A stretch of 63,533 bases of DNA, filler included, from Blastocystis sp. subtype 4 (Eukaryota): NCBI RefSeq assembly GCF_000743755.1. It is 21 parts of 21 records of this genome, joined end to end, with 100 filler letters (N's around TTAATTAATTAA, not from the genome) between each part and the next. Parts side by side here need not be neighbours in the genome. Positions count along the whole stretch, not along the records: positions 37,161 to 39,896 come from NW_014568915.1; positions 39,997 to 42,817 come from NW_014568914.1; positions 42,918 to 45,620 come from NW_014568913.1; positions 45,721 to 49,798 come from NW_014568911.1; positions 49,899 to 52,559 come from NW_014568910.1; positions 52,660 to 55,315 come from NW_014568909.1; positions 55,416 to 58,063 come from NW_014568908.1; 14 more parts are not named here. One strand, given 5' to 3'. Positions 39,091 through 55,804 of this stretch are shown in pieces; the first letter of the stretch is position 1, and the number at the start of each line of letters is the position of its first letter. A program made the translations under genes and the position numbers. The notes under the pieces were generated by a model. The model was not told where the DNA came from, did no database searches, and saw only the letters and a program-made list of their open reading frames with translations.

Positions 39091-39548
39091 TTAGAAACAC
39101 TGGTCGTTGTTATACACATCATTATAGAAAAAATCATGCAGAGAGTAGACATTTGTGAGATATACCGCTTGTTGGAGAGTCCAGTCCTCCACTTCCTGTC
39201 GTTCTTCATCTGTTTGTGGATCGAATTTGTGAAGATCCCGTCTCCACTTCTTCACGCGACCATCAAAACGACGTTTACTAACAGGATCAAAAGGATCTGG
39301 AGCTACAACGGTCTCCGCCAAAACAGGATTCCTAACCATAACTACCTCCATCTTTGTTTACGCTGCGGACAACATTTGCCATCGTCGATAACCTTCGGTA
39401 TTTTTTCCATATTGTACTTGTGTTATTCTCTACAATCAATAACCAATCCAATACAAACATGTTGAATTTGCTCCTCCGTAAGTGTGACGTTTTCGTCACC
39501 ATCAAGTGGAGAACGAGGAGTTAGTGCAGGAGAATCAGCATCGCTCAT
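39091..39548 (-). CDS. SLBP: Histone RNA stem-loop binding protein
   Basis: Spliced QVQYGKNTEGY...APDP...SKRRFDGRVKKWRRDLHKFDP matches the SLBP RNA-binding domain. Confidence 0.82.
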
Positions 39549-39996
39549 TGAATACTCTACTATCATCAACCAAACCTCAAATAACGACAATTGATGACAC
39601 TCTCTCAAAGCCTTCACAAACGCTTCAAATTATATACTGTGTTAATCCAACAGGGTAATAGAAGTCGATCCTCTGTCCCTGAGAGAAAGCAATCAAGGAA
39701 CTGTATTAAGGAGAAAACGCAAGAATTACCCATTCCCCGCGGTTCCCGCCTTTGTGTTTGTTCAATGATACGGACTGTTCTACGGGTTTTCCGACCATTT
39801 CCGACCCATTCGTGTATCTCAGGCAACCTATCTCTCGTTTCAAGCATCTTAAGAAAGTCATTCGCAACTCGATTCTCTATGGAGTCTACTCAAAACNNNN
39901 NNNNNNNNNNNNNNNNNNNNNNNNNNNNNNNNNNNNNNNNTTAATTAATTAANNNNNNNNNNNNNNNNNNNNNNNNNNNNNNNNNNNNNNNNNNNN

Positions 39997-40932
39997 CAGA
40001 CGACGAGATCCAAACACATCATCACAAGGATCCATTGAGGGCATCAGATAACGGAGATTTGAGTTGTTGTAAACAGGAATCACTGAAGGAACAGGAACAA
40101 TGATTCCAGAGTATTTCTGTTTGGTAGTAGTGATCTCCTCGAACTCATCAGGATGCCAATCAGCATAGAAAGTGAATTCCATCCAATACTTGTCCTTCAT
40201 GTTCCAGTCATGGATCTTCTCACAAGAATCAATGAAATACTCAAGACGAGTCTTGAACTCTTCAGTCATCATATCACGACTAGTACACTTCATGGTAGTG
40301 CTCCACTTGCTCAGATAACTCAGATAACCATTCTGATCACAAGTGAAATCAGAATGTTCATAAGTGGGATTTGAAGGATAAGCAGGCTTTCCAGTAAGAG
40401 GTTTGTTCTTATCGAAATCAGGCTTCTTGTGAGACTGAGGAACAGTAGTGTATGTTACCTCAGTCTGTTCCAATCGCAATACCTTCCAGTGAGAATACTC
40501 AGTGAGATCATGATTCACATTGTACTCATTATCAGGAGTGACATCAAGATATCGGATATTGATAATACCAGCTCCTTTACAACCAATGTAATAGTAACCA
40601 GGATTGAGACAGTAGATTGAAGATGAACTGAGTGAATTGATTAGAATCAAACCATTTGTCTTGTTTGAAGCATCACTCACTCTCACCTCACATTCCTCTT
40701 CACCTGATACTCTTGTGAACATAATCTTCATGAACTCATCTCCACATTCACCTGGTGTAGGAAGACGGGTCCAATTTGTATTGGTGTATCTTGAATCTTT
40801 GTGTTCGACATAGTCTTGATTAGATGAACATTGAATAGAGTAAGAAAGGATAACTATAAATGAGAGTAGAATGAAGAATGAAACAGAATGTGAAGAATAG
40901 AATGAGATGATTGATACTACAATCAACAACAA
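39997..40932 (-). CDS. Hypothetical secreted/membrane Cys-containing protein, 3'-truncated
   Basis: Long ORF with a hydrophobic N-terminus. Confidence 0.6.
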
Positions 40933-41929
40933 TCATATGAAACAATTAGTGATGAAGAAATAAATGGATGAGAATTAATGAAATGATAACAAATTGATGT
41001 GATTGGGACTGAGTGAGAAAGTGATTAACATGAATTGTGAGATATGAATAGAATTGATATGATACGAGAGCGTAGATATAAATGGAAATAAGAAATGAAT
41101 GATATGAGTAATGAATGATGAGAATGATATCCCCGTGATTGTATTCAGTAATGAGATCGAAGAATGAAGAAATGTTATTAGCCTCGTTAGATAGTTGTAA
41201 TGATCACAAAATCGATCATCTGAGCATTTTGCAACACTTGAAGCCTTTGAAAAAGAGTAGTTCACTTTCTTTGTCAAAGAGATTCATATTCTTATGTTCT
41301 TGGTCCTAATAGATCGAAAATGATTCAATACAACTGATCTGCTGAACAGTATGCCAAAAGAGGGTTAATCACAAGGAAAGGAGTTCAGTGATTCATTTCT
41401 GGATTCAACCGGTTCTAAAGAGAAGGAAATGAGGTATTACTATACTCCTCTAATACTATTAGGCTGTTCTTGCTGAATGCATGAATGATTGGATGAACAG
41501 AACCACTTAGTTGACAGTTCCATTTCGATCTTTTTTGTTGTATCAGCATATAAGGAGAATATCGAAATAAGATGGGAAACGAGAAATGGAGATTTGACCA
41601 AGTTGTGCCATCGAGTTGAGTTCAAGATATCTAAAGAAGGTAGAACGCTTGCATGTCGTTCTCAACTTCCATTACGATTAGTAGATAATGAATGGGGAAT
41701 GTGATCTAGGCATGGGAAGTAACCATTCACAAGGCACAGGGAATGACACTTGAGTACTTAACGATCGATATATCAGATGTGTTTGTGTATGGAAGAAGGT
41801 GAAAGAATGCTTATTAGTAATAGTGAACAAAACGAAACACATATTTGAACTCAGATAGGTTTGAAGATATCAACACCATTCATTAATCTATTCTTTCCAT
41901 ATTTCATTTTACATAATTCCTTTGTCGTA

Positions 41930-42817
41930 TTAATCGATCAAGAGTATTAGCATCTCAATCATTAACAACCAATTAATCATACTTGAACTATGCAATTCTT
42001 GAACATTATAGAATGAGTTCCATTCGCTAATCTGTATTCCATCTTCAATGAGTGATGGAATGTCTAATTCATATTCAATTATCAATCATCACTCTCTAAT
42101 ATCACTTTCTCTCTCCATTTGAAATTGGAACCAACTCCTTTGAATGTAGACAGAGAAGGAAGATCTGATCAATCAATCATCATTATCAGTATTACTCCTC
42201 ATTATCAGTTCATTCGATTCAATCATATTATAATCACCACAAAGAGCCTGAAACTCAAGAATGATGGATTGAAGTTGATTCAGATCTCATTCATCATTCA
42301 TTCAATCATTCATACTCTCAAATACTACTGAGTTACAAATATGGAATCCATCACTCTGCAGTTGAATGGATATGAGAGAAGGAAGATTCTTACATTCAAA
42401 TGATTCATAGTAATAGAATGAACCCTCTCCAATATTGATTTGTTTCAATTGATCACAATTCATTATTACACATTTGCCTCCTCGATTATTCTCATTTTGT
42501 TTCAGGCTATTCTTTCCAATGATGATAGTCTCCAATTCATTCAATCNCAAATCGATTCACTTTCATCAAACAACGATTTCCTATCTCAATTCGTTTCAAT
42601 GATATCAATGAATAGTTCAGTATCAATGATGATATATCAGGATTGAAATCATCATCAATAATCAGAGATTCAATACAACTAGTAACAATCAATTCACAAT
42701 CATCAATCCATTTCATTTTCATATCATCATTAACATCAATAATAACATCATCTTTGAATAGTCCTTCATATTCAATCATTCCATTTCGATCATACAATAA
42801 TCCATATCCATTCTTCA
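41930..42817 (-). CDS. MORN-LRR family C-terminal part, 5'-truncated, internal N
   Basis: YEGLFKDD; LKRIEIGNRC; ECKNLPSL; VFESMND intron signature. Confidence 0.75.
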
Positions 42818-42917
42818 NNNNNNNNNNNNNNNNNNNNNNNNNNNNNNNNNNNNNNNNNNNNTTAATTAATTAANNNNNNNNNNNNNNNNNNNNNNNNNNN
42901 NNNNNNNNNNNNNNNNN

Positions 42918-42999
42918 CCAGAGTTCTGGACTCAACATTATTCCTGCCAACGATTTAGGAGACGCTGCTCAGAAGGCTGTCGCTTCAGTGAAGCACTAA
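42918..42999 (+). CDS. Succinyl-CoA synthetase beta subunit, C-terminal end
   Basis: SSGLNIIPANDLGDAAQKAVASVKH*; TGTTTGTT at 43031. Confidence 0.8.
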
Positions 43000-43171
43000 A
43001 TGTGTTAACGCATTTGAAAGTACTTTGGATTGTTTGTTGAGAGTCCGTTCTATGGAATATCATGTATATATGCCTCGTATGCAGAAATGAGTTTCATATT
43101 AATTGTACATTAACGTACAGCAAGTAGCTTTGGACTCTTTGTAACTTGCTCTAACTCTGCAAAGAATAGTT

Positions 43172-45387
<2,216 letters not shown>

Positions 45388-45720
45388 TCAGTCCAGATAT
45401 TCTTTCCTTTTGCATTTTTACTATGTTTGATTAGTAATTCTCGTTCTGTCAGCTCTTTAGGTTTCGATTTCATCTAGGGGGATTGAAACGATTCAAATCC
45501 AGAAAGCATCCTTGAATTACGTCGATTCTTCACTTCTTACCCCATCTTCACACCATCCATTTTCTCAATTCAGAATTCATTGACGATCGAATCGAAAACA
45601 ATGGTATGATGAAATTGGATNNNNNNNNNNNNNNNNNNNNNNNNNNNNNNNNNNNNNNNNNNNNTTAATTAATTAANNNNNNNNNNNNNNNNNNNNNNNN
45701 NNNNNNNNNNNNNNNNNNNN

Positions 45721-48700
45721 ACAAATCACTGTTTGCAAGGATACAATGGGTGCATTTTTGCATATGGTCAAACGGGTTCTGGAAAAACATACACGATTCT
45801 GGGTCCATCGAAGGCTGATGGGAGTCTAATGATGGATTCTGAATCTCAAGGACTCCTTCCTCGTATCCTAGATTATGTATTTGACGAGATCCGAGTACGA
45901 GAAGCACAAGAGAATGTGCATTACTCTTGCTTTGTATCATTTATGGAGATATACAACGAGAAAATGAAAGATCTATTGAATCCAAAGGAAGAGAAGAAGC
46001 TAGATATCCTTTCTTCTGAGAGTGACTTATTTCCTTCATTCTAGTGATTCGTGAGCTTACTTCCGCTAAAGACCATAGAATCACTGTAGACAATCTATCA
46101 ATCCTCTCGGTATCCAATTCACAAGTGGCTAAGGAATATGTTGAAGAAGGTCTCACGAATCGTCGTGTTGGAGTGACGAATATGAATATTCGGAGTTCAA
46201 GATCACATGCTGTATTCACTCTGTATATTACCTGCGAGGTTAACCTCAATGAGAAGAATCATGCCTAGGAAGTACAAGACACAATCACAGTCACTCGAAA
46301 GTCTCAGTTTCATCTGATTGATCTGGCAGGGAGTGAACGTCAAACACTAACAGGGACTGGAGGTGAATCACTTCGTGAAGCTTGTTATATCAATTCATCT
46401 CTCTCGGCATTAGGGAATGTGATTCGATCGTTAACTCAGCGGGAGGGTCATATCCCATACCGTGATTCCAAACTCACTCATCTTCTTCGCGTTGTGCTTC
46501 TTTGATTGGATTAGATATAGGATTCATTAGGAGGAAATTCACTCACTGCGATTATTGCTACTGTTTCACCAGCTCAGATGGCTGCATCAGAGACTCTATC
46601 AACCTTACGATTTGCGACAGATGCGAAGATGATCCGAAATAGTGCTGTGAGTGATATGTGTTCTGTCTCAGTATAGGTTGTGAATGAAGTGCGATTCGGA
46701 TCTGTAGCTGCACTCCAAGCAGAAATTGCACGGTTACAAGCCCAACTCCAACAGGTGTCTCATTCTGATGATTCCCGTGTTTCTGTTCAGTTAATGAGAG
46801 AACTCATTTCTGCCCATCGTAGTGCATCTGAAATGTATGTCCAGAACGCTGAGCTATGGCATCATCTCCATGGACTTCAAGAGAGTATTCTGAGGCTTCG
46901 TTGTGAACTANNNNNNNNNNNNNNNNNNNNNNNNNNNNGAGAGAGGAATGATGATTAGTCTTGTCTCCTGATGAGTATGATGAGGCTTTAAGGAGTCTAG
47001 TCAATACACTGCTTGTTCAGAATCTCCATGAAAACTGCAATTTTGTGTTATTCCAGAAGTATCGATTATTATTACAATCACAATTCCCGGATCTCTCAGA
47101 ATGGAGTATTCCTGAATCCTTCCTGATATCCACGGTTTCTACACTTGCAGAGTTACATGTCCAAATCCCTCTGATTTCTGACAGATAGGCGCAACTGGCT
47201 CAGAGCCATGAGATCACATCCTCAATGATCACTCCAGTAGGAACCAGCGAGGTGACAGAGAGCACACATACTCGGTTGTGTAGGTGAGATGATTGATATG
47301 AAACGAAGTGAGTGAATTGGAAGAGGTTCGTTCTCGATGTGACGAGTTGTATGCTGATCTGCTAGAGACGCAGGAGCAGTTACGAATGGAGCAGATGAAG
47401 AGTCAGAATGATTTGACAGGCAAACGAGTGTGTACGCGAGGTGAGAGTATGAGTGAGCTGTTGGTGAAGACAGATTGTCAGAGTGTTGGAATGAGAGTAT
47501 TGATTGAATATAGAACCTCCTGCGAGAACAAAGACGGATCATCATGCGACTTGAGAAGGAAGTTGAGACTCGAGGCATGGATGTTCCTGAGGCCTTTCAA
47601 GAGACTTCATTGAATGAAACTGTAGCTGATGTCTCTCAATTACAGTTGGATAACTCATTCTATCATCGTTTAGCTTCTGTTAATGTGAGTGATAATATCT
47701 CCTCTCACTTCTAGCAATCCTTTTCTGTTTCCCATACTCGCTCTCATTCACTTCCTGGAGAGAACATGACCGAACAACAACAGGAACAACTTGAGTCTCT
47801 CACATCCTCTCTTCAAGCCAAGGAGCGAGAGATTGAACAGTTGAAGTATGATCTCATCGTATCTCTCTTCCTTCTTTCTCATTCACAGGATTGTTCTACT
47901 CGCTTGGAGGCGGAGAAGAAAGAGAGGCAGGAGGTGGTGATGCAGAACACAGATCGACTTCAGCAGCTGGTGGCTCTCCAGACAGAAATGGGTCTCGAAC
48001 GTCAGCGTTGTGCACAGGACACAGAGCGACTGGCCTTCCTTGAGAAAGAGACTTTGCGTCTGACAGGGGAGTTACAGCGAACACAAAGAGATTATCGGAG
48101 TGTAGGAGAGAACTATCGAGAGGCTGTAAACCGAATCGCGAAACTGGAGGCAGATATCGCATGTGCAAAAGCAGATGGTCTGGTATTGACAAATCGAGTC
48201 AATGCTTTGACAAGAGAATTGGAGCAGAAGTCAGAGGAGTTAGAACAGACAACGGGAATGTTGCGAGAACACCAAGTACAAGTGGAGCTCCAAGGAAAAC
48301 AACTACAAACACGAGAAGAAGAGAAGCGGGTATTACAGAAACAGAATGAGGAATTGAATCGATACATCCAATCCGAAGAGAAAGAGAAAGAATCATTGCA
48401 GTCAGTAATAACTGAGCAGGAAAAGGAGATTGAAAAGCGAAAGGAACAGGAAACTCTGCTTCGTCAAGAGATTGCTGATTTCGTTGGTTATGTGTCATTC
48501 TTTGATTTCTAGAAGAATGCGTTATCTCTACTTCAGGAAACAGTGAATCAGATTCAGGAACAGTATGAGCGACCAGAAACACATCAATCCAACCAGACAC
48601 TGAATCAGTTGCGAGAAGAGAATCGGAAGTTGATGAACAAAGTAGAAGTGAGAAGGAAAGATGAGAGATAGTTAGAGATTGCAAGGAAACGTATGACGAA

Positions 48701-48815
48701 TTATGGTTTATCAACAAACGATATTGACGTGAGTGGAGATGAGTTTGTTGCTATTCGAAGACTCGAGGAGATGTTACAAGAGTTGAAGAAAGTGTGTGAG
48801 AAGAGCTGTCATTAA
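45721..48815 (+). CDS. Kinesin motor (kinesin-12/KIF15-like) with coiled-coil tail, 5'-truncated
   Basis: [47 protein letters not shown]; internal N gap 46911-46938; 3' end approximate. Confidence 0.9.
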
Positions 48816-48873
48816 GACATCTTTGTACTATAGTGAAGTGTTTGATAAGAAAAATTAGTCGACATGGTACATA

Positions 48874-49398
48874 TCACCTTTGCGAATGGCGGCGGGACAA
48901 AAGTGCAGGACTGCGAGCGTCCGAAGATAGCGGCTGATCCAATTCGTTACACAACCGGACTCCACAACCCCTGGAAGGAGAGCAAATACCAGATACAACC
49001 ATTCTCCTTGTAGGAAGGGATTCCATGATCTCTCTACAATAACAGCACAATTTGAATAACAACTCTTGATTAGTGGTATACGAATTATGAAGTTCTTTTT
49101 CATCTTTGAATACTTTGCATGGAGTAATATAACGGAACTCCTTACGGCAAGTGGGACAATGATTTGACCTCTATTCATCAAAAAAACGCCTATCGTACTA
49201 ACCTCTGCCCATTTCGTTATACAATCCAAACAGAATGTATGTTTACAACAATTTATCCTCCCCCCTTCCTTGATAGGATTCAAACATATAGCTATTAGTT
49301 AAAGAGTGCCCATACGATATACCACAGCAATCTTCTGCAACTATTGGACACTCTCTATATACACCAAAGATTTCTCCAAGAAGTTTCAGAAGCGACAT
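48874..49398 (-). CDS. RING-HC finger protein
   Basis: ICLNPI...CKHTFCLDCITKW|..CPTCR across short introns. Confidence 0.72.
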
Positions 49399-49701
49399 TT
49401 CGTTTCTTGGCACAATTGCAACTAATTAATAGCACCCGGGATTGGTTTCCTTGATACAAGAATGAAGATAACAGTAAACACAGTGTCCGCGGGAATAGGT
49501 GTTTTTGTCATGCTATTGTCGTTTCGCTAGTTTATTGGGAACCGCATTGCTCAATAGCTAATGTACATGGAGTGTCATCACTTTTAGATATTATTTAGGG
49601 AAACAACACTCTCACAGATCCACAGGTCAATTCAAATAACGATTGTCTTATACATTTACTTCATCAACAAACAAACCAAACAACCTAATGAGAACGCAGT
49701 C

Positions 49702-49798
49702 TTACAGCTTATCCAGGAAACGATCAGAAGTGGGTACTTCAGGAGCAAGACCCTTTCTGTTACGAATAGACTTGACCATTTCGTTGGTCTTGGTTCCC
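49702..49798 (-). CDS. EEF2: Elongation factor 2, C-terminal end
   Basis: VKSIRNRKGLAPEVPTSDRFLDKL*; TGTTTGTT downstream at 49673-49666. Confidence 0.88.
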
Positions 49799-49898
49799 NN
49801 NNNNNNNNNNNNNNNNNNNNNNNNNNNNNNNNNNNNNNNNNNTTAATTAATTAANNNNNNNNNNNNNNNNNNNNNNNNNNNNNNNNNNNNNNNNNNNN

Positions 49899-50264
49899 CA
49901 ATTCACTCAAATCCATTTCATTCAATTCTTCTCCTTTCAATCCTTTCAATACAATCATTGAATGATTCAATACATTCACTATCATCAATTCCACTTCGCT
50001 CTGTTCATGCCCACCATACTCATTTGTAACCTCATTCCATTCACTATCTTCCCTTCTAGCCCATACTACTTCGACCACTTCATCTCCCTTCTTCCATACT
50101 CCTTCATATGCTCCTTTCCCAGCATTTGACTTCATATAACCTTTCTCTCTATTAGTAGAATTAGTATTCCGCAAAATATCCTGCCAATTAGTCTTCCAGT
50201 CTTTCATTCTGCCTCTGGTGTATGATCTTCTAGTAGTTATCTTTCTTCTTTTACTTTCACTCAT
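49899..50264 (-). CDS. Purine-rich hypothetical protein N-terminus, possibly of the MORN-family type
   Basis: MSESKRRK... ORF with YEGVWKKG and the same codon/purine bias; truncated. Confidence 0.4.
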
Positions 50265-52736
50265 TATGTGACAGAGTATAATAATATTGCCTGATGACTT
50301 TGAAACGACCGTAGAATCATTATTTGGTATATCTCTGTCGATTATAATTGTTAATTGTCTCAACTGATTGTAAAGGGGATCATTTCCAAAAACAATGAAC
50401 TAGATATATAATTAGGAGATAGTTTATAATCTGTCTAAACGAATCTATTCTACATCTAATCACACTTTCTATTATCACATGTTCTATCTCCATCTATGTA
50501 TCAAAAACGAACGGATGGTCAAGGATTCCTTGATTATCAATTAACACTGTACAAACGGCTCATCTCCCATCCTTTCAATATAAGTGGGCGAAATATTTAC
50601 TAAAGATAAGTGAATTTGATTACAGGTTACTAATGTACATCCAAATGTAATATAAATTGGATTCATAAGTATCAAATTTATGAGATCATGTTCAGTAGTT
50701 TGTACAACCTGATTTGGTCATCAGATAATTTCAACTGATGTTGTTCATCCCTCTAGTCATATAATCTATGCGAAACCTCCATTTGTATTCATCGAGGTCT
50801 TAGCGGTCGCATGCGGGATAAAGAGAAGTATTCCACTTTTCTCACCTTCCTCATTACAATCATTATATGAATAGTATGTACCATTTTGATACATAGATAA
50901 CAGGATATAAGAACAACATATGCAGATCATAATGTATGTTCTAGTTGATTGTGAATATACCAACATTTCAGACAGATAGTGTTGGCGATGTTCAAAGTGT
51001 TTTACATAATGAAGCGAATTGGAAATTTCTTTTCGCTTTCCTATTGTGTTTTTGTAATAATTGTTAGTCAATCACCTTAATCTCTAGGGTGAATCATCAA
51101 ATGGTCCTTAATCTCATTGTAGATAGAGGATTTTAACGGATTATCATCACTTAGATAAACTCTCCAAGGTGCGGGCCTAGTTTGCAAGCAATCTCAAGTG
51201 GGGTAAAGTGTTCGCATGGCTTAATGGTTCAATCAGATTAACGAAGCTAACATCGATCCGACGAAACATCAATGTGGGTGTCACCCAACTCGTGGTGTAT
51301 TACTACATTATCACTACTAATATAATTATCATTTCTTTTGCTTCAACAGCTTGTACATACATAATCTACAGCCCTACCTATTACTACTGTAACAACAGCA
51401 GCGGTAGCCATAACACAACCGCATTCATGAAGAGAACTACAAGCGCTTTAACCAGCAGCCTTCACCAGTTCTACGTTACTTATCATGCAATATTCAAAGC
51501 GAAGTACAACAATCCCAGAAGAACCGAAACCTAGAACTGCTCCGACATCTACTGGACCAGCAGTAGCACTAACAGTTAATCTAGTAGCCTTCTTAGAGAA
51601 CATTAGCTCCGCTTTCACTCGTTTTCCGTATTTGTACTCTCTTTGACAAATCAATACCGTCTCATTATAATCTGAAAGGTTTGTTCATACATCAGCCTTC
51701 AATGTACATTCCAACTATTAAGACTATCCTAGTACGAATAAACTTTTCATTAATTTGCTATTTCTATGAGTTAAAATGCAAACAGGTTCGATTATTACAA
51801 CAAGTTTCATTTCAGCCTTTCATTTTCTCTTTTCACTAATATACATCACAGGTAACAGAATCTGACATTCTTCTTATACAAATCTCCATTCCTATCAGAG
51901 GCAATGTATTCAAGTCCATGAATCGGATGTCCGATATATAATTGACAGTAACAGGGTGCCTTGATTGATACTGGACGATTATGTCAGGTAATGAACTCAT
52001 ATTAAATAATGGAAAGCATGTATTTCAGTTTTCGGGTAGTAATTCAGAAATCGAGAGGAGAATCAGACTCCACCTACAATTCTGTCCAATACTCTTTGAG
52101 ATGAAGGTAACACCATAAGGATGAACCTGTTATGCTATTTCACAAGAAGTGACTATGGAGACTTTATCATTCAAGGAATTATTATAAATTGATGGTGACA
52201 TTCAATTACTCAATCATTGGTTCCATCAAGAAGCGGCTACCGATTTCGAGTGATTACCAAGGAATGACGATTTCCTACAGCTATTTCTTTATTTCAAGTG
52301 ATATGAGATATGTATGAAGATACTATAATCATGAAATGCTTTCAGGTCATGAACAGTCTAGGAGAGAGGATATCAGAATAATGTGTTGTCAAGAAGATGG
52401 AGCACAAGTACTGAACTATTCGGATGAGGAATGGGAGATAACTGTTGATGAATCCTTCTCATTGTTGATGAGATTTGTGATAGTGTATATGAGAGGAATG
52501 ATGAAAGAGCCTTTGAATGTTGTGATAAGGATGATTGTGTTGAATGTGTTAAGATGAATNNNNNNNNNNNNNNNNNNNNNNNNNNNNNNNNNNNNNNNNN
52601 NNNTTAATTAATTAANNNNNNNNNNNNNNNNNNNNNNNNNNNNNNNNNNNNNNNNNNNNGATAATGACCATTTTTGTCACTATTTTGATTTAACAGATAC
52701 AAACCATCAATCAATCCTAAGGGAATCCTTTCTGTG

Positions 52737-55274
52737 ATGTGCTGTTGTTGCCGAAAAAAGAAAACATTAGATGTGAGTTTTTCGGATCGTCATTGCACCG
52801 ATCCTCTCTGCTTCATCCTTTTTTGTGTTATGTGGTTCATATCCATCATTATTTTTATTGCTGCACGACGCACAGCTGATACAGCAGCGTAGTTAATAAA
52901 TGCCTTGTCAATTGTAGTCTTTCTTTTGGTCGTGACTACAACGGAGATGTCTGTGGCAGTGAAAAGGCATATCCTGGAGCTAAAGCATATGGTTGTGACA
53001 AGGGACTCTGTACTCAAGTCTATTACCCCAAAGTGAATGAAGATGTTGCTTTTTCTCTGGCCTTGGTATTAACAAGTTGGTTCAATCAATCCTAGAATAC
53101 ATCCTTTTCTCTCTTTGGAATCTGCCTTCCCACATGTCCTAATGCCATGGATGTTGTGTGTACATATAATTATACTGTTTTCGTGAATTGAGGTTCTAAT
53201 AAATAGGATGCTGTCGGTATTCCACCATATGAAGAAGCCATTCAGTGCACTAACTTAATATATCGCGCTATGCATGATAATCTATGTTCAAATTGTTGGG
53301 TTGTTCCATTGAACACAACTACTGTGATGTCTCCAATCTTATTTGCCTTCATTCTAGGAATCGATGCATGCCTATTGTTACCACCGACAATGAGCAAACT
53401 GCTCATTGTATCGTACCTGAGAGTCCTCTCGACCCTTCAGATCCTGGTTACATCGATCCTGCCTCTCCTTCTTGTCTTGCCAAATCTGTCGTTACTCAAC
53501 AGACGAAGACTCAGGCGAACAATAACGATATAATCACTAATGCACTACTCAATGTTCAAGTCTTTGTAGGTCGCTATCTCAGTGATATCAAATCCGCTTA
53601 TGTTGTATTAGGACTTGCAGTTCTTCTGTCTTTCGTTCTGGGATTTGTGTTTTTGGTATTTTTTTCAATATTCCCGTGATTGTTAGTTATTCGTTAAGAT
53701 GTGTTCGAAATGCATTTTTTGGACGGTAGTTATCGTTGGATTTATTCTGTGTGTGTTTTTGACTCTCTATCTTTACTATGCTGCTGACATTCTTCATATT
53801 GATGCTGTAGCTGATGCCATTATCAATGAAGGTGATAAGGTCTTTCACTGGGGAAACGTCACTTTCGATTCTATTGTTGAACAAGTACAATTTGGGTGTA
53901 ATATTGTTATTCCAGATTCCTGATTATTTAATGAGTACTGACGCTACACAACCTTACTGGGCCATTGCAGCATATGTCATGACTGCTTTTACGGTTATCC
54001 TCTTTTTCGTAATCATTGCAATGGGTAATTCTATGAATGTATCTCTTTCTATCTTGAAACAAGCATCTACTGCTCTAGGTTCTATTCCTTCCTTACTCCT
54101 GTATTTATCCTCTCACTCCCTCATTGCTAGAGTTCCACTCCTTGTTGCTATCGTCTCCTTGGCTCTCTTCCTCTTCTTTGGAGTCTCCTTGGGTCTTGCC
54201 TTCTCATCTTCTCTCTCTGTTAGTGATTATACAAATGAAATTATTGGAACAATTGGAGCCTATATCCGTAGGAATCCTTCTAACAAGTAAGAAATAGCTC
54301 CGAATGCTGCCAATCTTGTGTGTGAAGATCCAGTTCAGCACCAGAACTGTACAATGTTGAGTGAGAGTTACTCAGCCTCCACATCCGCTGATGTTATCCT
54401 TGCCTTCTGGCACTTATTCGCTTTCTGTTGGTCAGTACAGTTTATTAGTGCTATTGGGATTATGACAGTGGCTGGAACGATTGGAAAGTGGTACTTCTCG
54501 AAGGGAAAGGACGAGAAGATTTCTTCATTCACGGTGGCTCAAGCCTTCTTATGCACAGTCACCTATCACATGGGCTCAGCAGCCTATGGTTCGTTTATTA
54601 TCGCCCTGATCCAATTGATACGTGCGATTATGATGTATGTGGAGCAGAAATTGAACAAACCTGATACTAAGAATCCATTAGTGAAGTGTGGGTTTAAATG
54701 CTGCCACTGTTGTTTGTTATGTTTGGAGAAGTGTATGAAGTATATCTCCAGAAATGCCTATATTAGTGTGATTATGAGAGGTAATAACTTCTTCTCTGCT
54801 GCTTGTTACAGTTTTGGGTTGCTAGCAGCGAATTTGCTCACTGTTGGTGTCTTGAAGTCTGTATCTACCCTTTTTATCTGGATGGGTACCATTAGCAATT
54901 GTCTGATGTGAGAGTAGGAAGAAGGATTGATTCATAGAACTGGGTTCTTTGTAGCCTACATGATCTACTTCCAGCCAGAATGGTTGGGACATCCTCTCAT
55001 TTCGGCTGTGGGTCCTGTTGTTGTTGCTGTGGTTTTGGCGTTCGTTATCAATAAAATGTTCATGAATGTCTTCATCGTTACTTTAGATACGATTATGTTG
55101 TGTAATTGTGAAGATAAGCAAAGTGGAACTGATCATGGTAAGAGCAATACACCTCAAGAGGCAGCGGTAGTCGAGAACAGTGCTCCTACTCAACCTGTTC
55201 AACCTGCTCAACCTGCTCAAGTAGAAATGACAAAGACCGATGAAGAAGAAATGCCTCCTCCTGCTCCGGAATAG
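52737..55274 (+). CDS. Choline transporter-like protein (CTL/SLC44), multi-intron
   Basis: RHCTD, DYNGDVCG, YHMGSAAYGSFIIA, CLEKCMKYISRNAYI, DTIMLCNCED. Confidence 0.92.
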
Positions 55275-55415
55275 ATGTAAATGTATGTTTTGAGAAATCC
55301 AATATGTTGTCATTGNNNNNNNNNNNNNNNNNNNNNNNNNNNNNNNNNNNNNNNNNNNNTTAATTAATTAANNNNNNNNNNNNNNNNNNNNNNNNNNNNN
55401 NNNNNNNNNNNNNNN

Positions 55416-55512
55416 TGGTGGTTTCAGCAAGAAGCTCCGTCACTTCAATGAGGGTGGTGACTATGGTAACCATGAAGTCCTCATTGGAAAGCTTGTACAG
55501 AGAATGATCTAA
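55416..55512 (+). CDS. RPL7: 60S ribosomal protein L7 (uL30), C-terminal end
   Basis: GGFSKKLRHFNEGGDYGNHEVLIGKLVQRMI*; TGTTTGTT at 55547. Confidence 0.88.
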
Positions 55513-55618
55513 GCAAAGGATGTGGAGTAAGAATGATATGTCGGTATGTTTGTTTGAGACTTCATATGGGATTGTTTACTGTTGTGCGTAGTGAAAGATA
55601 AGAAAGAGAAAAAGAAAT

Positions 55619-55691
55619 CGCCCACCGAGGGGCTCGAACCCTCGACCACCAGGTTAAGAGCCTGGCGCTCTACCGACTGAGCTAGACGGGC
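55619..55691 (-). tRNA. tRNA-Lys (anticodon CTT)
   Basis: GCCCGTCTAGCTCAGTCGGTAGAGCG-CCAGG-CTCTTAA-CCTGG-TGGTCGAGGGTTCGAGCCCCTCGGTGGGCG; 73-nt cloverleaf. Confidence 0.96.
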
Positions 55692-55804
55692 TTGTTATAC
55701 TTCTTGAAAATGTTCCATACCTATGACAGAATTCTACTAAAAGATACGTATCTTTGTCAACAATTAATATGATGAGAATAACAAACACAGAAATACTCCT
55801 TAGT

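Noticed and set aside
51200..51660. Overlapping short ORFs with Ala/Thr/Val-rich character
   Set aside because: Interrupted by stops and no family could be supported.
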